In this document: in pieces, positions 28,801-38,730 of the stretch
Position numbering within the stretch: the first letter of the stretch is position 1
Layout of the letters: each line of letters starts with the position of its first letter
Source: Dimorphilus gyrociliatus
Lineage: Eukaryota; Animalia; Annelida
Assembly (NCBI GenBank): GCA_904063045.1
Contig: CAJFCJ010000025.1
Span: 496,001 to 560,000 of the forward strand
Length of the DNA: 64,000 nucleotides
Direction: 5' to 3'
The notes under the pieces: model-generated
What the model was told of the DNA's origin: nothing
The model's input: only the letters and a program-made list of their open reading frames with translations
Database searches by the model: none
Position numbers and translations under genes: made by a program

Positions 28801-31351
28801 TTGGAATACCTAGTAGGACGGATAATAAAATCATTGCAGGTTTGCAAGCAGTTGCGTCCGGTCTGCTACCAGGATCAACTGCCGAAATTATAAATTATCA
28901 ACCATATATTAGTCAAACTGGATTAGAATTGACTGGAATTTTTTATAAAATTACCTTAAATGGTGAAATACAAAATCCTAAATTGTTGAAAATTCCTGAA
29001 ATATCTTCAGACGACGTCTATAAGGGAAAAGATGTTCTTAAACTGAATAAATTATATAAGTTATCCCTTACGGGTCTAATTTTAAATGGTGATACTCAAC
29101 AAATGATAAAGCAAGTAACATTTGTAGGATCTTGGACTGAATATTGTAAGCATTTATTATAGAAATGGAGCATATATTATTTAAATCTATTCTTCTTTCG
29201 CTTTTAGTACAAAAGAATAGACTGGATTTACAAATATCATTCTACAAAGCCGATGTTAATTTTGGTCTTTTTGGGTAAAACCAGTTTATTAATACTATTA
29301 TTAGAGATAAACTACTATAATCATAACGTCTTTCTTTTCCAGAGAAATCGTTACGAATGTATTATATTCAGTTGAATCGAATGGTTTTATTTATCATCCC
29401 GCTATTCAAGATCCTGTTCCAAAATCTACCAGTTTCCGTCAGGCAATAAAATCAATTGTACCAGTAAGTAATTTTTATATCATTTAATATCAAATATTAA
29501 TATATACGATACTTTTGTTACTTTCATTAGGAAACGAGCTTGTTCGATGAGAGTCGAACGCTAATAAGACGTGATAGAACATTTAGCCTTACTTTTGAAA
29601 GGACTTTAACAAGTGACGATATCGAAAAGATTACTAATGAATTACAAGCGAAATGGACGACAATTGAAGCCTTGGATGAATCGCCAAAGATTATTGGAAT
29701 TTCGGACAGAACTGATGAAACTATGGGGTAAATATACTATTGTTACATCTATAGAGAGAATCCTAATAACGCATGCTACTCGCTCTTTGTTTTTAGCAAA
29801 TCTATTGTTCAAGTTTATTACATTGTTAAGAAGAATGGTATTAACATTGAAGTTACTGATGTAGACGGTCCAACCGATTTACCATCGTTTCCCGCGTTCG
29901 ACCAACCAACTGTACCAGTTGAATCGTTATATATTTCGGGTAGAGTTAACGATTCATCTACTAATAATATTCAAACTGTATTGGAAACAACATGGCGAAG
30001 AGCGACAAATGTTAACGATTTGAAAGTTAAATTAACTTCTGTAAATTCAAAATTTACCTCTGTGGAATGGAAAAAAGTAACGCTAGTTAAATATGCGGTT
30101 GAATCTGAACAAAAAGGAACGCCTGGTAGAGATTCAATAGAAGGAGGATTAGGTACTTTTGGTTTAAGATTATGTAATTGCGTTGCCCAAAAGGAGAGAA
30201 AATTGGTTTTAAAAGCTGAGAGAGCAGACGTGGTGGAAAGTGTCGTATCAGAATCTATACAGGCTGCTTGGGAAAATAAGAATTCAGAGGTTAACGGTAC
30301 TTTCGAAGCCAAAATTAAGATAGACCAGAGTAGGAAAAAAAGAGCTGCTACTGGTGGCAGTGGCTTGACAGTTGATAATGGGTAAATATTGCAAAACTTG
30401 ATGATTTATATTGAATAGAATAGACAATATATTTATTGTTTTTCTTTTTCCTTTCCATTTTAGCACTGCAATAACTCCGATATCTGATCAAGTCACTTTA
30501 GATAGTATGCCTCCTCATCCTCTACTTATTAAAGAGCCTACACCTCAAGAGATTGACGATGAGCTAAAGAAACGATCCAATAATGTTGAAGTTTGCCACG
30601 GAGTTTGTAAACCAAAGATATGCAGATTTATGAACGTTAAGAAAACGGAATCTAATAATATTGAAGATGTTAAATTAGCTATTCAAGAAGCTTACGTTGA
30701 GGCTAATCCTGGAATGGAAAAATCAGATTTTGAGGTAGAAATAACACAAGTTCAAGAATTGCTGGATAGCAACGGGTTTGTAGATTAATAACATATTATG
30801 CAATAATTATATCTTCTATTATTTTTTATCGTAGATTAAGCTATTCTAAAGTTAATTATTGCGTATCGACAAAAGATGGATCAATTCCGCAAGAACCAAC
30901 AGACGAGCAGTTAAATAGGGCTCTTAAAAAATATGGCTTTGAACTGTTCGATGCAGAAGTTACAACCGAGAAACCTGGTGATGTAGTTGAAGAGGGAGAC
31001 GTAAATATACATTTATTTACCTTGTATATACAATATATATATATATATATATGTATTTATTATATTACATATAGCTAAAATGGATTATCACGGCTGGAGT
31101 ACTTTGCGGTTTATTCGCCTTAATCTTCTTAATTTTGGCTATTGTCAAAATTTGGATGAGATCGAAGTAAGTTTAAGGAAAAGGTATTTAAAAATCATAT
31201 TAATAATTTTCCTTTATAAAGACGTCTCCAAAGACAAAAATCAAGAGAACAAGATCGGGAATATTTACACGATGAAGAATTCTATCCAAAATCTAGAAAT
31301 GGTACTTTCGCAACTTATAATACTCTTCATTCAACAGCTAACTCCTCTTAA
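10864..31351 (+). CDS. Giant multi-exon type I transmembrane protein: signal peptide, EGF-like Cys domain, dozens of divergent SEA/ferredoxin-like modules of about 110-130 aa, TM helix, short cytoplasmic tail
   Basis: Exon 1 10864-10911 plus exon 2 11030-11139 give MILKAQWIFLIFYYLQWNSVVDG followed by an EGF (CKTVTGGFKCVCKSGFYGAYC). Every stretch I traced (11.0-13.1 kb, 14.9-17.3 kb, 30.8-31.35 kb) splices in frame. The ORF-track fragments from 11.8 to 30.8 kb share one repeat pattern. TM exon 31075-31166 encodes WIITAGVLCGLFALIFLILAIV; the tail ends ...STANSS* at 31349-31351. Not every junction was verified. Confidence 0.8.
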
Positions 31352-31406
31352 ATGATCTTTTCTTTATCCCATAATCTCTTTTTTTTATAAACGTTAATGA
31401 ATTTGA

Positions 31407-31412
31407 AATAAA
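31407..31412 (+). terminator. Candidate polyadenylation signal of the giant membrane-protein gene
   Basis: AATAAA about 55 nt after the stop codon. Confidence 0.45.
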
Positions 31413-31453
31413 AACAAAGCAATACACAAATAGGTTTGAATTGGCATGTTATG

Positions 31454-31459
31454 TTTATT
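31454..31459 (-). terminator. Candidate polyadenylation signal of the granin-like gene
   Basis: TTTATT on plus (AATAAA on minus), about 110 nt past the stop at 31570. Confidence 0.45.
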
Positions 31460-31569
31460 GTGGTTTTGAAATTATAGGGCATAATATTTCACTTGTTCTA
31501 TGGTTTTATCATGTTTCAATTATTGCTCATACGATAGGTAACAAGTTGCTCCAGATTTACATATCTTGC

Positions 31570-32502
31570 TTAGAGGCTGTCGTTTGCTTTAAGTAAAAGC
31601 ATCAATTTTCTCTGTAGATTCTCCTCTCTTCTCTGTTTTTCCTTTAGCAGTTCTTTTTCTATTAGTTGGTTTAATTCTCTGGAGAGTAAATCGTTTTCAG
31701 TTCGCTTGACTTGGTCCTCATTTCTATTGAAAAGGGAACTGTATTCGTTTTTCAGAGTATCTTTCTTGTCTTGTAATAATTGGCTATCTAGTCCCAAAGA
31801 TCGTAATTTGCTTAATTGCTTATCTTCCGTAAGCTTTTTCTTTGCTAGTTCTGCCTTACGTTCCTGTTTCAATTGACTTTTTAGATCGTTTAGGAGGTTA
31901 TCAAACTCCCTTAGGTCGTTTTGTTTTTTTGCTATTGCAGATTCTTTCTTTTCCTCTTTCACATCTTCGTTTTTCTTCTCTTGTTTCAAAGCGGATTCTT
32001 TATTTACAGTTTCACTCTTTTTAGCTACTGAATTCTTACTGTCTTCATTTTCGTGTAAAAATTTCTCTATTAAATTTCTAAGTTCGGAATCATCTTTAGA
32101 AATAGTCTTCTTCTCCTCTTGTTTTTCTTCCTCTTTCTTTTCAACTGGACTATTTTCCTCTTTTTTCACAGCTGTTTCGGCTTCCTTCTTTTCTGCAGTT
32201 TGACTTTCCGTCTTTTTCTCTGAATCTTCCTTTTTAACTTCCTCTTTACTGGTTAGTTCAGTTTTCTTTGCTGTTTTTTCACTTTCACTGTTGTCGGCGA
32301 GATTTAATTTTGCGATCAAACCTTCAATTTCTCTTAATACATTACTATCGTCATTACGTTTCAAAGTTGGTAGAAGATCTTCTTTATCATCGTAACGTTT
32401 CATTAATTCCAGCAAGTTTTCATCGCTTTCGGTTAAAGGTAGCGATTGAGTTTGATAGACAATGCAAAATGCAAGTAAAATCTTTAAAATCTTCGAAGAC
32501 AT
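31570..32502 (-). CDS. Single-exon secreted, highly charged granin/prohormone-like protein (310 aa)
   Basis: The ATG at 32502 (not the TTG at 32520 used by the track) starts a signal peptide MSSKILKILLAFCIVYQTQS. The mature region is Cys-free and E/K/D/L-rich, with several KR and many KK dibasic sites and repeated amphipathic motifs (LREIEGL, LRNLIEKF, LREFDNLL, LSRELNQL). Confidence 0.8.
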   Translation of the reverse strand: MSSKILKILLAFCIVYQTQSLPLTESDENLLELMKRYDDKEDLLPTLKRNDDSNVLREIEGLIAKLNLADNSESEKTAKKTELTSKEEVKKEDSEKKTESQTAEKKEAETAVKKEENSPVEKKEEEKQEEKKTISKDDSELRNLIEKFLHENEDSKNSVAKKSETVNKESALKQEKKNEDVKEEKKESAIAKKQNDLREFDNLLNDLKSQLKQERKAELAKKKLTEDKQLSKLRSLGLDSQLLQDKKDTLKNEYSSLFNRNEDQVKRTENDLLSRELNQLIEKELLKEKQRREENLQRKLMLLLKANDSL

Positions 32503-32570
32503 TTCGTTTCGATATCTCAAATTTAAGTGAGAGTATTAGTTGAATAGTGATATAAGAATAGAACTAGTTG

Positions 32571-32578
32571 CTTTTATA
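32571..32578 (-). promoter_or_regulatory. Candidate TATA box (TATAAAAG) of the granin-like gene
   Basis: Consensus TATAAAAG about 70 nt upstream of the ATG, with an Inr-like TCACT about 25-30 nt downstream. Confidence 0.45.
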
Positions 32579-32690
32579 ATTCAAACCAGTTTCTTTATTA
32601 GAAAAGTTCAATATTACTTTTACAAAACAGGTAAAAGAGATGACTGAAGGATAATAAACATTTCTTTTCTATTCTTCTCGCTATGGTATT

Positions 32691-32754
32691 TCTCTCTCTC
32701 TCTCTCTCTTTCATTCATTCATTCATTCATTCATTCATTCATTCATTCATTCAT
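32691..32754. repeat. (CT)n followed by (TCAT)n microsatellite
   Basis: Directly visible. Confidence 0.9.
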
Positions 32755-33027
32755 TATTCCCTTTTTAACAATCATTCTACAGATAATTTTTAGAAAGAGT
32801 AGAAGAAGTATAAAAAATGAGTAGTTAATAATAAAATATTTATTAATAATTAATAAAATAAATATCTAATTAATGAATTATTTAAGTAATTTGAGTTTTA
32901 ATAGAAAGAATTAATGAAATAAAAACTAGGAAATTAGAGATGAAAATGAAAATATAATGTAAACAAGCCAATTGGAATTGTTTGAAACTGTATTTTTAGT
33001 TAAATAGATTAAGAATCTTCATCATTT

Positions 33028-33063
33028 TCTTCTTCTTCTTCTTCTTCTTCTTCTTCTTCTTCT
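33028..33063. repeat. (CTT)n trinucleotide microsatellite just downstream of the lyase gene
   Basis: Directly visible. Confidence 0.9.
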
Positions 33064-33164
33064 ATATAAAATGAAATGAAAAGAGAAATTATTAGAGTTG
33101 TTTTCTTTTACTTGTTTATTTATTTTATTTGTAAATTGAAATAACCTTGAACGGAAAAAAAAGG

Positions 33165-36099
33165 TCAAGAAAGAGTAAGATCGAGCGGAAATCCTTCGTC
33201 TAAGAATAAATTTAGGTGCATGTTCCCTTCATCATTTTTTTCTTGGGTGAAATGACAATATTCATTAATTGATGTCTGTTTAATATTCCATTTTCCTTTA
33301 ACAACCACTCTAGTAGATTGGATAGTTTCTTTATCATTGAATGAAAGTTTTGGTAAACAAAAGGTAACATTTACCAATTTTCCTTTATCTATCTCTTCCA
33401 TCATGATTAATAGTGGTGTTTCTATATATAAAAAGTAATCTATTTCTGTTGTAATCGGCGCAGAGAAAATACTTATAGCAATTATATTATCGACCTTTAT
33501 AACGTGTAAGGTATCAGTTTGATAAACGACTTTCCATAATTGGTGATAAGAAGATGATTTTATAGAGTGAATTGACGAATTTGGTATAATAATATATGAA
33601 AAATTATTGGATCTATTTTTAGAATGATCTAAATAAGCCAACAACTTTTTAGCTTTAGTAAAATTACCATTACCGGAATGATGCGGTGAAATTTGTTCTG
33701 AATGTTTTACGCATAAATGATTACCTTCGGAAAGAATATATCCAGTTGAGAAATTATCTAAAATCCAATATCCTTCTCCATTCCATTCTTTCTTTAATTT
33801 TTCATCATTTACTATCACATTTTCGCCATTTAAATCCAATTGAAAAATTGTCGTTACCAATTGATGATTGTGCTTAAAATATAAATTTGTTACAACTACG
33901 AAAATCTTTCCGTCAATTGCAATTACGCTCTTTCTAAATGTAAAATAGTCATTTTTCTCATAATTTTCCCCTTCATTTTGACGAAAATCCATTGCGAACA
34001 TACCAACTTCTCCGTGTTGATCTACCCTACCCAGAATACTATTTCCTATTGATTTAAATCTTAACGAGCCAACAAAGTCGTAATCTTTATATAGATATTC
34101 ATCGTATCTCTGACTATTTGGATTTAATTGATGAAATGGTAACACTTTTGTTGTTGTTCCTGGTACAAAATTCCAATTGAAACCTTCTATAGAATGTCCA
34201 TTCTCTCTATTTATATATCGTAGATCTATAGAACCGTAACTTTGATATTTACCAAATCTGTTCTCGTTGGGATAGATTTCCGCACCCCATAGTTTTGAGG
34301 TTAGGCCTAGTGTTTGGATTGGATAAAAAACATGATTATTAGATACGTTCCTATCAAAAACTAAGGTTCGAATGTTAAGAGAATAAAAGGTTCTGCTTAG
34401 GAAAAAAATGTAAATATTCAATTAAAGACTAAGAACCTTGATTCTCTTGGGAAAAACCTTTAATTGTAATCGCCCAATCGTCTTTCCTATAGATAGCCAA
34501 AGGTCCGTAATTTACTTGCCAAAATCCTTCTTCTGGTCTATACTTGAGAAATGGAAAGCTATTATTTGTCAAGGTAAGATTATTATAGGCCATCGCTAAT
34601 TCTCTATCAAATTGATTATCTCCATAGATGTCTCCTCTTAAATAGACCAAACGCTTTATAGACCATCCTGGTAATATTTGATAGGCATTGAAAGGATAAC
34701 GTCCGCAAAGACCATTCGAGAATTTCTCATTAACGCATAACACTAGTATTAAATATACAGTTTTCTTTAATTGTTCATAGCCTGTGGGTTTTATTTGGAA
34801 GTTTGTTGATTTTAGTGTATCAAGAGCATTAATTAATTCCTTTAAGGCATATAAATAATGAGGATAGAAAGTAGAATGGTGAAAGCACGTATTGTCAACT
34901 TTAAAACCATCGCATCTTCCTTTAGACTTAATGAGAAACTTTTCAAAATAAACCTTTGTTAATTTCATTGCCCGAATTCTTTCTTCATTCGTTTCATATA
35001 GGAAAACATTTTTCGTTATTAATTGCACGCAACCAACGTAGATTTTATCTGTACTTATATTAGAATAACTATGCGGATCTCTTATTCCTATATGTTCGTG
35101 AATCCAATACAGCATATCGGATAGTTTAGTTCTTAACTCTTCTGTAAGTTTATCGGCAATTAAGCAAATAGCTGGGGCGAAGTCTCTGAAAGAGTATGCA
35201 AATTTAATATCACTACTAAACCTATTATGACTCCCATAAGCAACGCCTTGATCTAGAATATGCTTTGCTAATACAACAAATCTATTTAAGATATTTTTAT
35301 CATTCGTGTGATAGATATATTTTGAGAATATTGACAAGATTTTTTGAATTTCATTCAAGTTATCGCCCGTTATTCTCTTGCCGCAAAGTCCATCTGCCGT
35401 CTCTTTTATCTTGTATTTAGCAAAATTAGCAATTTGTTCATCAACTAATTGCTTAGATGGGGCCATTTTACCGCTTAAAATGGGTAATAGTTTCCCTTTA
35501 ATAATAAACAAACTATCTAAATCGTTTTTACAAGCTTCTTCTAATGGTATAGACCAGGAAGCAAATTGTTCTTTTGCCCTATCCTCATCCGAATAATAAC
35601 CTCTTATTCCAGGATTATACGGTGTCCTAAATCGTTTCTGTCTTTCCTTAACCCATTGGATATTATCAATAAATATACAACCCCGAACATTTGTCTTACA
35701 TTCTATTAGAACGTGGTAGATATCATCCGACCTCCGATCTCCTACTATTTCTGTATCGTATTTGTAGCTACGTAAAACTTTACGCCATCCTTTGAAATTG
35801 AGTAGAATTGAGAAAGAATGAAGAATATTCATAGATTCACTTAAGAATTTAATAATTAATTGGCAATGTGTGTCATTTGAAAAATCGCTATCATTATATA
35901 TATCCATTGAGAAGGTATGCCAATAAAAATTTAGTATTTTATCCTTATCTATATCAATATATTCAAAATAGAGACAACATTCACCATTAAACTCCCATTT
36001 TAACGAAGAATTACATGATAAATATTTCTCTTTACTTATTTTACAAGATGAATTGAAATATTTCAAATTTTGCGGTATTCCACTATCGAAATTTAACAT
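33165..36099 (-). CDS. Polysaccharide lyase family 8, chondroitin sulfate ABC lyase-like, 2 exons, 927 aa
   Basis: Exon 1 36099-34458, GT-AG intron 34457-34307 (151 nt, phase 1), exon 2 34306-33165. Splicing gives ITIKG/LTSKLWGAEIYPNENRFGKYQSYGS, collinear with the chondroitinase ABC motif VTLKAYNTNVWSSEIYNKDNRYGRYQSHG as I recall it. The N-terminal FDSGIP...ISKEKY...SLKWEF resembles Lyase_N. Catalytic motifs: FHHSTFYPHY, LCGRYPF, WGAEIY. GFNWNFVPGTT and MFAMDF...FRKSVIAIDGKIF are typical of the PL8 central domain. Confidence 0.93.
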
Positions 36100-36993
36100 A
36101 TTCTTATTTTACTTCTTTCGCTAAATGACTTTTTTATGTTGGAATATTAACCTTTTTTTTTGTTTTTATATGACCTAGTTTTAAAAAGTATATAACGTTC
36201 TTAATTAACATTCATATGAAGGACGGAGAAGGCAAAAAACAGTAAACTGATCGAGTTATGCTTCATTGTATCCAAAGTATTCTACTATTTCACTATACAT
36301 TTCCTATAACACATTGCATAAAGCATATATAGTATACTAAACATAGTATATAACTACTCTTCGTCCTTAAAATTCGGTAATTACAGTCTAGTCATTCCTC
36401 TCTCTTACATATTTATTTATAAATATTACTTTTTATGTAAACTGGAAAATTTGAACATTCAATTTTATCAGATTATGCAGTATGAATAGTGAAAAGATAA
36501 AAAACAGTTCAAACGATACGGAAGGAATAAAGGTTTTAAGTTTAAGGGAAACAAGAACATCTTAGAGAGAATAGAAACAAAATGTCTCTCGTACTTAGAA
36601 GATAAAGATAGAAAGAAAGAAACAAGTAAATGCGTCGGTGTATATGTCATTAATAATGAAAATGTCTCTAATTAGAAAAGAGAGCAAGAAAAATAAACTA
36701 AGTGTATAACGCTAATTTCTACCCTTTTCCAGCATTCCCTTATATCTATATATAGTGTGTATGTATAGTATACAGTATATATATTTCGTATTTGTAAATG
36801 TACATACACTTTATGTGCAGTACGCAGTGTTCGGTGAAAAACAAGAAAAAGTGCAATCGATGCATATTTTCTCATGCGTCACTCTTCCCTTTCTTCTCCT
36901 AATCAGTCAGTAGACATTTCTTTTTACTATCAATAATTATTTTGTTTATTATAAAAGGTTTGAAATTTATGTAAGTTATATTTTTAGAATAAA

Positions 36994-37034
<41 letters not shown>

Positions 37035-37781
37035 GAATATTTTCGATAAGCATGTAATAATTAGTATAAAATATGAGATTATACCAGATAAATGTTACGT
37101 AATCTCCAAATCGGATTTTTTTTGGAGAGGTTCGTCATTTATCCTTTTGCCTTATAAATATTCATTGATGAATAAAGGTTTGTTATTGAAGCTAGGAATG
37201 AATAATCTTGATATAAGCAGAAAAATAAGCACCAGTGTAGTAGAAATTATCGCCGTTTTCTTTGTTAAATATACGTATAGCAGAAGTTGGCTGAAGTAAT
37301 GGGGGAAATAAATAGAGCGAAAGAAAAAAGGAACGGAGGTGAAGGATAAGGAAATGATAATACTAAGAGTAATTATGCTCCTATTAAAAGAAAAAGTTAG
37401 GCAAATGGAGTAAAAAGAGAGAAAGTGAAAATAAAAGAATGATACTAAATAAAAATGTATTGAAGCTTTTTCGTTCTTAACAAGACACGTTAATGTTGTT
37501 GTTTTTTGTTTCCTTTAAAAAAAAGTTTCATAACAAATAGAGATAGAAGATACTAATATTAATCACAAAGTTTGTTTGTCTTTCTTCTTTGACATAAAAT
37601 CAATATAATTAATATAAATATAATAAGAAGAATTTCTTATTTTCAGTAGCAGAGATATTATCATTTTTTTTTTGTAGTCTCTAATTAAGCATTAAAAAAT
37701 CTTGGTTGTCTTTTTCCCTTTTTTTCTTTTTTTTTTCCTTTTCAAATGTGTTTATATTTCGTCTTTTTTTGTTGGTTAAAA

Positions 37782-38321
37782 TCACAGAACAAGCGGTAGA
37801 CATAAGAATATTATATAAATCATGTGTTGAAAGTGAAAATTTTTGTGAATAGAATGCGAGCTATTACATAAGTCTTCCTTGCAGCAATAAACTCGATGAC
37901 TGGCGATATTGTCAGGCTTGCAGTCTTTCTGCAATTTTATACATATACATATATATATATATATATATGTGAGTATATGTATACAGTGTATAATTTATCT
38001 ACTTACTCTACATCCTCGATGTATGACTCTTCCATTTGGATCTGTTGCCCAAGAAAACTGAAAAATAAACAAGAAAATACTTAAATTTATGAAATGACTA
38101 ATTTGACTATTAGCTTACATAGCACATTTCATCTTTATGACATCGTAATTGACGAACGTATTCGTCGTCAGAATTGAAAGGAATTCGACATGCCAATGTT
38201 CCTGAAGGACCTCCATTTCGATTGGAAAAATTACATGACCAACATCTTAAGCCACTTGGTTCATCCTTTTCATTTTGGGCTAGTGCCTTTGAAGTGTTGT
38301 ATCGACTTCCATAAGTGATTC
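37782..38321 (-). CDS. Ly6/uPAR three-finger (quiver/sleepless-like) GPI-anchored protein, copy A; leader exon(s) unresolved
   Basis: Exons 38321-38119, 38057-38007, 37928-37782. Ten-Cys LU pattern (CWSC...C...C...C, RGC, DC, CC..DLCN) followed by a hydrophobic GPI-signal-like tail MIYIIFLCLPLVL*. Confidence 0.85.
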
Positions 38322-38688
38322 CTATAAAAAACGATAGTTATAATACACATTAAAAGAATAGGATAAGGTACGATTACTAAATACGTCAAATAAAGGTACT
38401 AATTATTAAAAAAGAGACAAACAAATATCATTTTATAACAATGAATATTATAATTCGTTTTATTCAACGCCTTTCTTGCTAATTTCATATTTTGTTTTTA
38501 ATATTTTTTTGTTGTTCTTTTTAGTTTTGTTTTTTACAACCGTTAGACTTTTTTTATCCAAATAAATAAATAAATAAATACATATATGAAACAAAAGAAA
38601 CGAAATGTTCTGGAGTTGATTGAAGGAGGGAAAAGAAGGTACAATAATGAGAACTTTCCTTTCTTTTACGAAACAAATACATGTAGTT

Positions 38689-38730
<42 letters not shown>

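Noticed and set aside
8149-31351. Thrombospondin-like gene and giant gene as one mega-thrombospondin
   Set aside because: The first ends with TGA at 10189 and an AATAAA. The second begins with its own ATG and signal peptide at 10864.
34307-34457. Lyase as a frameshifted pseudogene or two separate genes (the ORF track shows two ORFs)
   Set aside because: A single GT-AG intron joins them in frame and restores the exact spacing of a conserved PL8 motif.
33165-36099. Lyase as bacterial contamination
   Set aside because: It has a spliceosomal intron, similar AT-richness to its neighbours, host-type microsatellite flanks and no bacterial operon context. A read-level check is still desirable.
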